From assembly GCA_964016885.1 (NCBI GenBank), contig OZ024747.1, positions 31,992,001 to 32,056,000 of the forward strand: DNA of 64,000 nt. Direction: 5' to 3'. The stretch is from Eledone cirrhosa. Taxonomy: Eukaryota. Of the stretch, positions 1 through 14,498 are shown piece by piece. The stretch's first letter is position 1. Each line of letters begins with the position of its first letter. Both the position numbers and the translations under genes were made by a program. A model generated the notes under the pieces. The model did not search any database. It was given only the letters and a program-made list of their open reading frames with translations, and was not told where the DNA came from.

Positions 1-113
1 GAAAGTGGGGATGAGAATAAGAAGAATAAAAGTGTGTGGTGGTGGGAGAAAGGACGAGAATCCATAAAAATCACTTTAAATGAGCTGTATATATATATAT
101 ACACACACACACA

Positions 114-175
<62 letters not shown>

Positions 176-177
<2 letters not shown>

Positions 178-447
178 TAAATCTACCAAAAGTTTACGGT
201 AGTGTCCAATCCGTATGAAGAACTCAATGTAATCCGGATATCATGAAAAGAGAAGATGCATTCAAAAACTACTTTCGGTGAAAAATAAACGGAAAACAGA
301 GTCAAGATAAGTTAATAAAATAATGAATAAACAAAGAAACAGTTCCTTATATTAAAAAACACACATATATATCCTAGAAACGATCGTAAAATGATGAATT
401 TTTTTTAATAGAAGGAACTATTTCTTTGTTTATTCATTATTTTATTA

Positions 448-452
<5 letters not shown>
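176..452. mobile_element. Fold-back pLTR-like module (family GAAACGATCGTA) between (TA)n arrays
   Basis: Inverted arms ~308-358 / ~400-450; contains hammerhead 3' half GAAAC-GATC-GTA at ~377-388; homologous to 15739-15930 (AACTTAT..TGACTCTGTTTT shared). Confidence 0.6.
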
Positions 453-515
<63 letters not shown>

Positions 516-812
516 CTATATATACGTACATACATATATATATATATACATATATATGTATGAAAAAGAAATTGCTGACCTTGTGCCCATAGCAGAAACA
601 ATTATTATTATTATTACTTATTATGTTCCTACACAGAGTAGAAGTAGTACTTAAGGTTTCAAGGCCCAATTTTGACCTCCTCCCCAGATTGTAAGAGCAA
701 TCAAACTTGTGACCAAGTCATCAGGAGCTTGGGCAAGTTATATATACGTATATATATATATTTATATATATTGATATATATATATATGCTGAAATTACCT
801 CTTGTTGTTTTG

Positions 813-857
813 ATTGCCCTGATGAGTCCTTAATAGGACGAAACATTGTCGGCTAAT
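813..857 (+). ncRNA. Minimal type I hammerhead ribozyme
   Basis: GCC-CTGATGA(819-825)-GTCCT taat AGGAC-GAAAC att GTC-GGC: complete core, 5-bp stem II, GUC triplet, short stem I; in a ~788-1003 module flanked by (TA)n. Confidence 0.85.
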
Positions 858-1000
858 AAAAACTTTTGATGTATTAAAGGATTCTTTGTTTTACTCTCTT
901 AATTTTTCGGCTCTGTTTAACTGCATTGAGCTATACCTTTTACTGTCATTTCTATAATACGAAGAGGGTGTTTGACTCAAACACGCTCCAGTATTCTAAT

Positions 1001-1359
<359 letters not shown>

Positions 1360-2009
1360 GTGAGAGATGGGGTGGTTACATGATAAGCATTTTCATTAAT
1401 ACACAGAAGTATACACCCAATACATACATATAAATGCAAGCAGGCAGCTATGTTGAAACACTGGAAGTGCATGTTGGTGAGATCACACGTTCATGTACAA
1501 CTGCTGCTGCACATTCAAATAATAGCTCATACACATACATACATACAGACACTTGCATATATACACTTACATATATACATACATACACATACATACGCTT
1601 ACATATATACATACATATATGCACAAAATGACATATCTATAAACTGACATGCATACATACAGAAATAGATATATAAGTATATAGAGGCACATATAGATAC
1701 ACACACACATACATAGATACATGTGTAGATACACATTTACATACACACAGGCATATACATACATAGAATCATATATAGGCTTTTCCTTTGGGATTATAAA
1801 GGGAATGGTGGAATTTCGAAGAAATGAGTAGTAATAATAATATTATTAAAGAATGACAACAGCAATAACAACATCAGTAACAACATCTTTAAAAATAATA
1901 ATATAGAAGCAGAATAAGAGAAGGCTGAAGAAATTGTGTATGGGGGTAGAAGTAGTAGAAGAAAGAAAGAGACAGAGAAAAAGCATGAGAGAAAGAAAAT
2001 CAAGAAACA

Positions 2010-2013
<4 letters not shown>

Positions 2014-2049
<36 letters not shown>

Positions 2050-2262
2050 TTTCTTTATTAACCACAAGGCTTTACATAAAGTAGACATTAAGGACAGTGC
2101 AGGACAATACAGGACGGTATAAATGGGCATTTCTGCGTGTAAAAAAAACAAAAAACGATGAAAAATTCGGGGAGACTTCCGAGAACCATCGTGGAGAAAG
2201 CCCATTAAAAAAAAGCCACGGTGACCCTGACCACCAGGGCAAATGTCCTCTCCCAGTTTTCC
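2014..2262 (-). mobile_element. 3' UTR fragment of a Tx1/L1-like LINE with (ATT)n tail
   Basis: Reverse complement matches 21047-21318; (AAT)n on both sides. Confidence 0.8.
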
Positions 2263-2372
2263 AATAATAATAATAATAATAATGATTTCTTAAGAAGAAG
2301 AAGAAAAAAAAAGAAAAAGACGATACATACATAGATATAGATAGCTAGATAGATAGACAGACATACAGACAT

Positions 2373-2445
<73 letters not shown>

Positions 2446-2720
2446 CCAATAGATAGATACATATATGAATGACAAACATAAAAAAGAGAAAGAACAGATC
2501 ATACAGAGTGTTCTTTAAATTTATTGTAGCGGATTTCTTTAATTGAAATCTGAGAAGGAATTCTTTGGAACCAACTGGATTACAAATGCATGGATTTCAA
2601 AGAATCTTCCATATTTGAAAGATAAGGAGAAAATATTTCAGACTCTATACAAGACATGGTCAAAAGCAGGTGTTAAAAATAATTAAAATTCCACAGCTTT
2701 GCATAAATACCCCCCCACTA

Positions 2721-2762
<42 letters not shown>

Positions 2763-2797
2763 CAAACAAGTGTGTGTATCTCTCTGTGCGGGCGTGA

Positions 2798-2829
<32 letters not shown>

Positions 2830-2832
<3 letters not shown>

Positions 2833-2878
2833 TCCTGATGATTTCTAAAGAATGAAACAGTTCTAGTCCTGTAGAATC
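2830..2878 (+). ncRNA. Type I hammerhead ribozyme
   Basis: GATTC-CTGATGA-tTTC taaa GAAt-GAAA-CAG ttctagtc CTG-TA-GAATC: perfect 5-bp stem I, stem III, GUA triplet; module 2830-2965 between (TA)n; homologous truncated copy at 30458-30575 (-). Confidence 0.85.
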
Positions 2879-2961
2879 TCATCTATATTAAAACTTTTAT
2901 ACTCTGCAATGTATTGAGTACCTTACTTACTGTGGTTACCTCCGATTCAACCCGGAATAAC

Positions 2962-3027
<66 letters not shown>

Positions 3028-3101
3028 CATATATATGAATGTATCCATGCATATATGTCTGAATATATGTATGAGTGCATATGTATGTTTGTACTTATAC
3101 A

Positions 3102-3139
<38 letters not shown>

Positions 3140-3203
3140 TAAACACATACATACATTCATGTGTTTATATATATGTATATATGATTATATGTATATATAT
3201 ATA

Positions 3204-3241
<38 letters not shown>

Positions 3242-3845
3242 AGTGTGTATGTGTGTGTGTGTGTGTGTGTGTGTACATATTTACATTTTGATGGAGAAGC
3301 TGAGATATTGATATATAATATCCTACGTATTTTTACGCTCAGATAATTGCATGTAACATGTATAAGTGTATCTATAAACATTGATACATACATCATTGAA
3401 GCTACTATTTCGACCATAAGTGCACAATCATGTAAACATGCATACATATATACAAAAATATGCACTACAAATGCATCTATATAGGCTTTAAAGGGGGAGG
3501 GGGAAATAAATTCCTGTTAAAAGAGGGGATAAATTCCTGAGTCAATGGCCATCCATCGTAACGATGGGTTAAATAGCTTCACCGACCCACAATTCACCAA
3601 GCGAGGTGAGTATGGCTACATGATCAATACAAAAAGAGAAAGCAGTAGAGGTCAACCATGGAGGGTTTCTTCCAAAGAGAGTGAGATTGTTCTGGATTGG
3701 ATTCTAACGGATTAATACATGGAAACTACATACTCATTCAATTATAGTCTTAGTGGCTGAATATTCCACAGACACTTGCACCTTTAATTGGAAGCCTTAG
3801 GCAGAATCTGTGGCAGGGTTGACCTTTTGAATTATAAGACAGTCA

Positions 3846-4010
3846 GTCTAGTGGGCTTCTCAACAGTCTCCGTCTAACAAATTCCACTCAAAAGGTTTCT
3901 GTAGACTTGAGGATATGGTAAAAGACACTTGACCAAAATAGATTTGATACACCCAGAAGGTTGACATGATTTAGAAGTAAACTGCTTCAGGACTCATCCA
4001 TGCCTACTTC
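3846..4010 (-). mobile_element. Degenerate SINE-like repeat (third family)
   Basis: Minus strand reads ...GGTCAAGTGTCTTTTACCATA...GAGTGGAATTTGTTAGACGGAGACTG..GAAGCCC, resembling a common octopus SINE from memory. Confidence 0.45.
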
Positions 4011-4124
4011 TACATACATGCACACACAGACACCTCCTCCTCCACCTCGCTCTCTCTCTCTATATATATATATATAGATAAATATATATATATGCAAACA
4101 TACACACACACACACATATATTTA

Positions 4125-4480
4125 GAATGTTGAAAGTTAAACAGAAATACCAAAAATATCAAAACAAATGGCACAGTACATGGAAGGAATATATTAGTTT
4201 AATGCTTGAAACAGCAGGAAAGGGTCTTAACGTTTTGGACGCTAGCCTTTCAACAGAAGAAAGAATTAGAAATTAAAGAAGAAATAGAAAGATTGAGGAG
4301 ATGGGCAGGTCAGAAACAGATATATATATATATATATCGTTCCTTCCTCTTCTCATTCTATCATCCAATGAAGGACTAGTGTCCGAAATGTAAAGATTAT
4401 TTTCCTACTATATGAAACGTTAAACAAATATATTTCTTTAACATACTGTGTTGTTTGGTTCGTTGATTCCATTTACTTTT
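4125..4480. mobile_element. Old inverted pair of degenerate hammerhead/pLTR modules around a (TA)n
   Basis: (-) CTGTTGA-AAGGCTAGCGTCC-AAAACGTTAAGA at ~4225-4258 and (+) CCAATGA-AGGACTAGTGTCC-GAAATGTAAAGA at ~4365-4396, with homologous downstream tails. Confidence 0.55.
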
Positions 4481-4505
4481 TGTGTGCATATGTATATGAA
4501 TATAT

Positions 4506-4760
4506 ATCATCACCATTTAACATCCATTTTCCAAGCTAGCATGGCTTAGACAGGTTGTACTATTAGAAGCAAGTTGGGTCAGGAGACCATATCTTGCACA
4601 TATAGAACTGTTTCTGGCTAAGTTTACCATGACACCTACATGACCACCTTACAGTGTGGGCTGGGTACTTTTTGTCGTGACACCTACACAAGCACCTTAT
4701 AGTATGGGCTGGGAGCTTTTTGTTGACACCCACACAACCACTTTACAGTGAGGGCTGGAT
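4506..4760 (-). mobile_element. RTE-type 3' tail / SINE-B fragment with internal repeats
   Basis: CATCA..TTTAACATCCATTTTCCAAGCTAGCATGG and repeated GACACCTACAC..CCACCTTACAGTGTGGGCTGG units as in 40208-40460. Confidence 0.65.
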
Positions 4761-4964
4761 ATAGATATATGTTGATGAAGGCAAGAATGATCTCAACACT
4801 GAATTACTTTTTAATAATATCACTTATTATTGCTAACTGAAGACATTTGTTACTCAGGAGTTTCACCTGCCTTCTCAGATCATCAGACAAGTGTCTTGTC
4901 TGATGTTCCTGTGAAATGCCAGAGTAACAACACTCAACATTTAACCATAATGAATTATATATAC

Positions 4965-5007
<43 letters not shown>

Positions 5008-5639
5008 CATATATATATAATGTGTGTGTATAGAATCTGCAATACTGTGACCAGGGAGATCACTAATCATGGAAGTACTCAATGCTTGCTGAACACACAA
5101 GTCAAAACCACTTGGCGCCATGGTCAGATTTTACCTATTTATCTATATTTGTTTCTGTATATATATCACAGACAATGTTTTTGCTGTGCTCCACGTCAGG
5201 CTCTCCCTAGATGGTTTCAGTCAAATTCAAGTTCTTTTTCTATAAGGTTGCTAGTCCCTTGTTTAACCATGTATCATATGAAAGGAAGGCTGTCAATATT
5301 TCCCCAAGAGCCTTCACGTAACACAATGTAACAGAGGGAGTGACAGAGAAAGAGAGAGTCAAAGCAAGACAAAAGAGAAAGAGAGAGACAGCAAGGAATC
5401 AAACCTAGTACTTGACTAGAAGAAGCAAAGTTGACCTAAGGTGGATTTGAACACAAAATAAGTAATACACAATATTTATCTGACAAGCTAACAACTTTGC
5501 CTAATTCCCTTCATATATATGTATCTATGTGTGTGCATGTGTGTGTTTATATGTGTATGGATAACATTTTACTAGTTAAGCAACAAAGAAGACCATTACT
5601 CAATTTTGTACTCAATACTTTAAAAATGCAGCAGAGAAA

Positions 5640-5830
5640 TAATTGTTTCTACTATTGGCACAAGGCCAGAAAATTACCCAGTACATTACTGGTACTTTAT
5701 TTTATCGACCCCGTAAGGATGAAAGGCAAAGTTAACCTCGGCGGGATTTGAACTCAGAATGGCAAGGGCCGTAACTCTATGCGTCAAAGCATGGCGTCCG
5801 AACCTCTACCGATACTGCCAATCCACCGCC
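5640..5830 (-). mobile_element. tRNA-derived SINE family A
   Basis: Box A TGGCAGTATCGG, box B GAGTTCAAATCC, central GCCTTTCATCCTTACGGGGTCGATAAAATAAAGTACCAG, tail AGAAACAATTATT. Confidence 0.85.
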
Positions 5831-6821
5831 AAGAAATAATGAAGAATATATATATATATACACGCATATACATGAAAAGCCAATATTATATAGAAATAGA
5901 TGGGTGTGTGCCTGGGTTGTAAGTGAAGATATGAATGAATGTAAAGCCTGAAGACACATGCATTAACTAATATCCTCTCTGAAACATGTGGCTGCAGAGA
6001 AACCAATATATATATATATATATATATATATTGTGTGAATGTGTAGGCTTGTCAAAAGAGATGTGTATATGCATGTTTGTGCTTTCATGTGTAAGTGGAT
6101 GCAGCAGAATGTTTGTGAGTATGCATGTGTGTGCATGTTTGAATGGGGGTGGGTATTAGACGAATTCACTGAATCATGTATGAATGGGTTAATATATCTC
6201 CTCTCCATGTGATAATGAAAGTAGGTGAATTACATTAAAGAATAGCTTATACACAATCAACCTCACACGCAAACATGCACACACATACACACACACACAC
6301 ATGTACAAATGTCTCTGCATATTCTACATATACATACATACATTTGCTTGCAAATTGAACCACATATAGACAGATACATATGAATTGACACATATGAACA
6401 CATACACGTAATAACATCTAAATGTAATGGCTGTTATATCAGTATGTGTGCCAGAATATCTGTTGAGGCCTGTATGTGCATATATGTGTTTGCAATGTAT
6501 GTAAATGTGAGAGTCATAAAAATGTATATATGTAATCACATTTGCCTCTGTATATGAATATGCATGTATGTGTGCTCTTGATGTGTGAGTGTGTGTAACC
6601 ACATTTGCATGTACATGCATGTATGCGTGTTGTTCATGTGTATGTGTGAGAACCATGAAAGTATGTGTATATATGTAACAATATTTGTGCTGTGTGCCTC
6701 TATATTTGAATGTAAGGTGATCAGTCTTTACAAATATATATACCGGTATCTATGGAAAGGCCACATGCATAGTTATATATCTGTGCGTGCTTACAAATAC
6801 AGATACTCTTCACACATAGAA

Positions 6822-6870
<49 letters not shown>

Positions 6871-6877
<7 letters not shown>

Positions 6878-6904
6878 ATCTATGCTTTTGATGTAGTCTA
6901 TTGT

Positions 6905-6973
<69 letters not shown>

Positions 6974-7180
6974 ATCTATGCTTTTGGTGTAGTCTATTGT
7001 CACATATATATATATATATTTGTATCTATGCTTTTGATGTAGTCTATTGGTATATATATATATATTTGTATCTATGCTTTTGATGTATTTTATATATATA
7101 AATATATGTATTTTGTCATAAATATATGTCTATTGTCATATATTTATATATATATTTGTGTCTATGATTTTGATGTAGTT
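6871..7180 (+). repeat. Tandem ~35-bp unit TATTTGTATCTATGCTTTTGATGTAGTCTATTGTCA separated by variable (TA)n
   Basis: About 5 copies at ~6871, 6967, 7017, 7063, 7153. Confidence 0.85.
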
Positions 7181-7230
<50 letters not shown>

Positions 7231-7342
7231 TATAAATATATGTATGTTTATGTCAATCACAGACAAACATGATTCAAATATTGTTAATTATTGGAAGTCA
7301 ATAAATAATATATTCAGTAAAAACATAGTAAATTATTTGAAG

Positions 7343-7568
7343 AAAACCCAAAATGACTTTATATCTTATGCATATATATATGTATATATATATATATATA
7401 TATGGGTAGATAGACAAATATAGATATATATTTATACATACATATGTGTGGTTATGTTATATATATATAACATAACCACACATGTATGTATAAATATATC
7501 TATCTACCCATATATATTATATATATACATATATATATGCATAAGATATAAAATCATTTTGGGTTTTT
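7343..7568. repeat. Long imperfect inverted repeat centred on a TA run
   Basis: AAAACCCAAAATGA..TATCTTATGC...GTGTGGTTATGTTATA / TATAACATAACCACAC...GCATAAGATA..TCATTTTGGGTTTT. Confidence 0.8.
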
Positions 7569-7921
7569 ATATATATATATATATATATAACACAAACATA
7601 TAACATACATATATATATTACATAGATGGCTAGATAGATAAATAAATAAATATAAAAGTGGTATTTGCTTACCTTAACTAAGCAAGTCTTGAGTCAGTCA
7701 GAGAAATATCAAAGAAGGTAAGAATACATTCATCGGTAAGTATGTTATTCCAATATAAATGATGGTAGAAATTCAATTTCCTTCCTCTTCATTCATCTTT
7801 GGTAGATTATTATTAATATTCTCATCAATATTAATTCGAATATTATATATATACTGTGTTAATTTCCATTGCTTATGGTGTTGGCCTTTTTTACTGGTTT
7901 TCAAAGATATATATATATATA

Positions 7922-8029
<108 letters not shown>

Positions 8030-8232
8030 TATATATTAATTGCGTGAATTCTTCCTTGTCTTGTTATTTTAAGCATAAATCCAGTTTGGTTGAGGTATAA
8101 TTTCTTCGAGTATAATTTTTATAGAATTTATATAAAAGAAAAAAAAATGGTGTTGTGTGTTTCTACGTATTGTTTATGTCATTGATGCTTTACACGCACA
8201 CATATGCACATGCACGCACATATTCTTGTAAT

Positions 8233-8329
<97 letters not shown>

Positions 8330-8817
8330 ATGTAAGAGAATATTTTTGAATATCACTCCATGCACATGCACACGCTGAGAATCACCCCCCCAATTTTTTT
8401 GTTATTTTGTTTTATTTTCGAGGAAGTGTAGTTTAGTTAGGTATGTGTGTCTGTGTGAATGTGTGTATGTGTGGATGTGTGTATGTGTTTAGAGAGAGTG
8501 TGTGTGTGGTGGCGGGGGCTGTTTTTGAGGGGGTAGAGGGTTGAGTGTGAGTATGGTTGGTGTTATAGAGAATAAGAATATAAGTAACACATCTGATCTA
8601 ATGTGGGATGTATAGTAGTAAGGGGGTGGGTGAATAGGGATGGTAATGGGTGGGGAAATTAATTTAACTTGTGAGTGTTATAAGAGGAAGGAAGCAGACG
8701 ATGTAGAGTAAGAGATAATTTTACCTGGCAATTGTTGGCTTATTATTTTTTTCTTTTTCTCTAAACAAAAAACAAAACATCTTAAATGCCTATGTACTAT
8801 TAGTAAGTACGAAACTA

Positions 8818-8848
<31 letters not shown>

Positions 8849-9572
8849 GTGTATATCACATATATATGTGCATGTATGTATATACTCACAGAAATAGATT
8901 ATATATATATGTGTATTTTATATACATCTTTTTCTTATATTTTCACAATTTTTTGTATCCGTATGTGTGTATATATATTTATTTATATTCACATGTATAT
9001 ATATTCATATATATATATATATCGATACACATTCAGGTATAATTATGTATTATTTTTTTAATATATCCTTCAGTGTATTATTCAAGCAAGAATGAACATT
9101 AAAAAAATAAATAAATAAATAAAATTGGAAAACATTAGTTAAAATATTTCTCCACTGTGTTATAATTAAAATCCAATCCAGTATTTCCGACTGAGAAGCA
9201 AGGAGGAAGAAAATTCCATGTGGTAGTTTCTTAGAATGAGGCAGATTCTATAAATTTTCATATTTCGCTATTTGCAGTTCTCCAGTCTTTGAAGTGGAAG
9301 TAAAATTGTGTTGTGTTGTACGAAAGCCTGTTGACAGTCTGTTGTACAAAACCCATGATCACGAAGTAGAGGAAAAGATGATGGTGAAAGATTGTGAGAG
9401 AAGAGAAGAAGAGAAAAAAAACGTATTATAGAGAAGGATCAACAAGGGGTGAGAATATTTCTGGAGGTAATGATATTAATAATAATGAAGCTGACATGAA
9501 AACACTTGAATAATGGAAATGAAGAATTCGACAGGAATAATGCTTAACAAGAATTTCTAGGTAAAAATAACA

Positions 9573-9643
<71 letters not shown>

Positions 9644-9749
9644 GCAGAGTATTCAATATATTTGCCAATTAGCACACTTCATTTGTTTAGAGATTGACTT
9701 ATACATGTAACCAATATGTACATATGTTCATAACTGTATATATCTACAC

Positions 9750-9804
<55 letters not shown>

Positions 9805-9841
9805 ATATATGTATGAGTATGTATGTATCTAAGGATATATA

Positions 9842-9897
<56 letters not shown>

Positions 9898-10690
9898 TGT
9901 ATGGATGTATGTCACTTGTTTGCATATATGCTTTAGATTTTATGGATATAATATATATTCATTTATATATGTGTGAATGTATCAATCTATCTATTTATAT
10001 ACATGTATATATATATATATTTGCATGTATATTAAATGAGAAATATGTTTCCATAAATAAATGTATCTATCTATACCAATGTATACATCTATCTACATGA
10101 GTATGTATGTGTACATATATGTATATGTACATAAAATCTATGTATATATTTATGCTTTCTACTATATTACTAAGCTTACGTGTGCCTTCGTCTGTGTAGT
10201 TTCATTTTTCTTACCTTCCTCTTAGTTCCCCCCCTACATTTTGTAGGGGAGGTGTGTGTGTTTTTTATCCTTTTTCTGTAGGGGTAATTTCTAAAACTCT
10301 TCCTCCTTTCCTTTTCTTTCTGTTTCTGCACTCTCTCTCTCTCTCACTTCCCCTCTCTCTCTCTCTCTCCCTCTATTTCCTTCAACAAAGTCTCTATATT
10401 TTCTTCTTTTCTTCTTTAACTATCACTTTCTTTCTCAACTCTCTCATCTCTTTTACGGGTACCTTTTCTTTTTCTTTTTTCTCCTCTCCTGTCTAACACT
10501 GTTCACTCCTTCCCTCTCTCACCCATCTGTACTCTCTCTCTCTCTCTTACACACCACATAACACATACAAATTACACAATCTTACTTTCTCTTTCTCTTT
10601 CACTCTGTTTCCTTCTTTCTCTCTTACCTCGCTATGCATTTAATATATTTATAAAATACATATATTTATAAAATACATATATACACATAC

Positions 10691-10725
<35 letters not shown>

Positions 10726-10860
10726 CACTATTTTCTTCTCTCTCTCTATCTCTCTGAATATTTCTCTTTCTCTCTCTCTTACCTCACTATGTATTTAATA
10801 TATTTATAAAATAATACACACACTATATATATATATCAGTCTCTCCTGAGCTTTTTGCAG

Positions 10861-10956
10861 CCTCTACGTTATCCCAACAATGAAGCATTAAGCGAGAACA
10901 AGCAGGGAGTTGAGGAGGTAAAACATGATGAAGAAGGGGAGGAATGTGTAGCATTG
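10861..10956 (+). other. Possible 96-nt coding exon (PLRYPNNEALSENKQGVEEVKHDEEGEECVAL)
   Basis: TTTTTGCAG acceptor, open frame, G/GTAAGA donor, non-repetitive sequence; no recognisable homology. Confidence 0.2.
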
Positions 10957-11340
10957 GTAAGATTAGTGGCATAGTTGCAAGAGAAAATGGAGTGGAGCTG
11001 ACTTAAGGTAGCAGCATGGCAGTATTTCTTCCAATAACTCAGATTCATCATGTTGGTAATTTTGGTGGGGAGAAAGCATCACTCTTGGAACTTTCATTTG
11101 CACTGAATTTCACTCAATCTCATAGTAATCTATATTCTTTGTTTATTATTATTATTATTATTATTAGTTGGTGGGCGGGAGGTGGGGGTGATCTATATTA
11201 TATATATATATATTTTTTTTTTCTATATCTAATACATGTGTCCATTGATGGTTAAAAAAAAAGAAAACGCTCTCTCTGTCTCTCTCTATATATATATATG
11301 TGTGTATATATATATGCATATGTATAGAAAAAGCTGTATA

Positions 11341-11378
<38 letters not shown>

Positions 11379-11399
11379 GGTGTGTGATAAGCTGTGATA

Positions 11400-12155
11400 T
11401 TGGCATCAAAGAAAGCCCATCACATTCATCATCCCCCACCACCACTATCATCATCAACGCTGCTGTTGCTGCTGCCTTCTCTGTTGCTTTCACTTCCATC
11501 ATTGCTGCCACCGACATCATCATCATCATTTTCACCAGCACCACCATCACCACCACCACTGGCATCATCATCATCACCAACATCATAACAATATTCCTAT
11601 TTAACATCAATGTTATCAGCTCTCTCTTCATCATAATCACTATCATCATTGCCATTTTAGACATCACCCCCACTACTACTGGGAGTCGTAGTGGTGGTGG
11701 CTGTGGTAGTAGTAGTGGTGGTAGTTTGCAACTGTAACAGCAACAGCAGTAGCTTTTAGCAGTGATATTGGTAATGGCAGTGCTGGCATTGATGAAGTTG
11801 ATGTTGATTGTGTTGATTGTGGTGCCGCTGTAAAGCTATGGTGCTGTTTATGATGATGATGATGGTGGTGGTAATACTGTAAATGATGAGTATGATGGTG
11901 ATGATGATTACATATTATTATTATTATCAGTAGTAGTAGTAGTAGTAGTATTGTTATTTTATGTAAAAGTATTGGTAGTGCTAATAAAAACGATAACAGC
12001 AACAATAGTAGTTTCACAAAAACAATAATAACAATAATAATAACAGCAAACCAGCTAACTCTGTAGTACGAAAGTGAAAGCAACAGCAGCAATATTAAGG
12101 TAGCAGCTGCAGTAGCAACAACAGTAGTAGCAGAAGCAACAGCAGCAACAGAACT
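11400..12155. repeat. Mixed trinucleotide low-complexity tract (CAT/CAC/TAG/GAT/CAG)
   Basis: Direct reading; gives long low-complexity open frames on both strands. Confidence 0.75.
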
Positions 12156-12416
12156 ATTCAGGCACCAGCTAGTAGCAGAATTTCCTTGTTGCAGACCAAC
12201 AGTCTGTGACTGCTGCCACTCAGTGTTGAAGACAGTATAAAGATGGATGTCTGTAATGGAGGCTGCTTGGTATTTCTTCTTCCCACTCTCTCTCTCTCCC
12301 TACCTCACTCTCTTTCACTCCCTCTATCTATTTCCCAATCTTTTGCTATCTCTCTTTTTCTATCTATCTTTCAATTTATCTATCTATCTAGCTAATTGTA
12401 TGTGTGTATGTATGTA

Positions 12417-12480
<64 letters not shown>

Positions 12481-12974
12481 TAAGTATTTCTGTAGAAAAA
12501 AAAGGAAAAAAGGGTGCTCTATGTATAAAACAGCTATTTAATTAAATATATATATATATAAATATAAAGAGAAATAACTTCATCTCTGTCTCTCTTTCTC
12601 TTGCTATCTATATATCTGTCTCTATATCTATATTTTATTATCTAACTATTGATCTCTCTCTCTCACTCTCTCTCTCTCTCTCTCACTACATATATCTATC
12701 AATCTATCTCTATCTATCTTTCTCTCTCTAAACATATCTAGCTACTATCAATCTTTATACAATAGTTCTCATCAATGTTGATGTACAGCATTATAGCAGT
12801 TAGTAGCAAGTCCACTCAGTTTTGCACCATTTTACTAATACCTTGCTAAATATTAGCATCACCTAGAACCACACATGGATGGTTCTTACATTCTCTTTTA
12901 TGTTATATTTTCTGTTCTATTTTAATTTAATTGTGTTATTGTTATTATTATTATCCCTATTATCATCATAACCA

Positions 12975-14230
12975 GGTGCTTTACAGTATTAATTCCGGCA
13001 TTTTGTCTACTGATTTCAATTCTAGACGAAGTCAAATATTCTTTTCACCAATTCATGTTCTATAAAGTACTAGTCAAGCTCTAAGGCTGATGTAATCGAT
13101 TTTATACCCCCACCCCAAAATTGCTGGTTTTGTGCTTAAATTAAGAGGTTCTATTATCAAAGATAACAGGTAAAAGTTAAGTTGAGTACTCTTCAAATTC
13201 AACAGAGGTCAACTTTGACTTTCAACCTTCCAGGGTTGATATCATAAAGTACCAGTCAAGTACAAGTACTACGAGCAATACCATTCACCAAATTTCTAGT
13301 CTTGTACCCAGGATAAAATGAGTTAACATCAGTAGTAGATTAAATAAGACTATAAGGGTGGTGGGTTGGCAGAAATGTTAGCATGTCGGACAATATTCTT
13401 TGTGGCATATAGTTACATCCCTTTATATTCTCAGTTCAAATCCCGCCACGGTTAGCTTTTCTTTTCATCCTTATGGGGTCAATAAAATAGAATACCAGTA
13501 ATGCACTGTAGTTGATTTAATTGACTTTAGCATCTCAAAAAATATCTGGCCTTGTGCCTGAATCAGAACCTATGCGAAATCAGATTATAAAGAGATGAAC
13601 AAATGCCCTGTTGGAAAAAAAAGTTTGTCGTATTTGTTCTCGCTCTTTATGTTATTATATAAAGTCGTACTTAGAAATAATTTATATTTCATCCTTCCAG
13701 GCTCGACAGAAATTACAAAATCAACTGAAGCTGTTTCAATACCCATTATTTTATTGACCCCAGAAAGATGGAAAGCAAAGCTGACTGCAGTGGAATTTGA
13801 ATTCAGAATGTAAAGGGCCATTACTAAATGCTGCAATACATTTTGTCCAATGCCAAAACAATTAATAATAATAATATTTGTTTCCACTTTAGACACAAGG
13901 CCACCAATTTGAAGAGGAGAGCAAAGTCAAATATATCAACCCCAATGCATGACCAGGACTTTATTTTATCGATCCCATAAGGATGAAAAGCAAAGCTAAC
14001 CACAGCAGCATTTGAACTAAGAATGTAAAGGGATGAAACTCTATGCTGTAATCATGGTGTCTGACGTTCTACTGATACTATCAATCCAATGATGATAATA
14101 TTTTTTTTTATCTGTTACAATAATAAATCAGTGTATTATAATAAATTCTAGAGTTCAAATCCTATCAAGGTCATCTTTGCAATTTAACCTTCCAGGCTCA
14201 GTGAAGCTCAAACTGGTCAAGTATATTTGT
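12975..14230. mobile_element. Cluster of old SINE-A copies in both orientations
   Basis: Recognisable copies at ~12990-13150(+), 13190-13320(+), 13355-13570(+), 13740-13860(-), 13875-14090(-), 14150-14225(+). Confidence 0.75.
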
Positions 14231-14377
14231 TGTTGATCTAATTTACCAAATTTTGACCCGTTAATATATTTATATAACCTTGGGCTGTATATATATATAT
14301 ATATGACATGCCCATTTTAAATTGACCCCATGAGGTCTATTTTATGGGTATGTCACTATCTTATACATCAAATATTG

Positions 14378-14435
14378 TATTTTGTCTGAAGAAAGCATAC
14401 TATAAATTAGTATCCTTGAAATACGTAACGAAATA
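14378..14435 (+). ncRNA. Type I hammerhead ribozyme (family TATTTTRT)
   Basis: TATTTTGT-CTGAAGA-AAG..CTT-GAAA-TACG-TA-ACGAAATA; 8-bp stem I with G-C/G-U variation relative to sister copies; preceded by a small fold-back at 14303-14355. Confidence 0.8.
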
Positions 14436-14498
14436 AATTATGATGCTATAGTGATATATTTTCCATTTATTACTACTATTATATATATATATATATTT

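Noticed and set aside
640-730. Minus-strand CTGATGA...GAAAC-CTTAAG possible hammerhead
   Set aside because: No stem I partner found downstream of a plausible NUH
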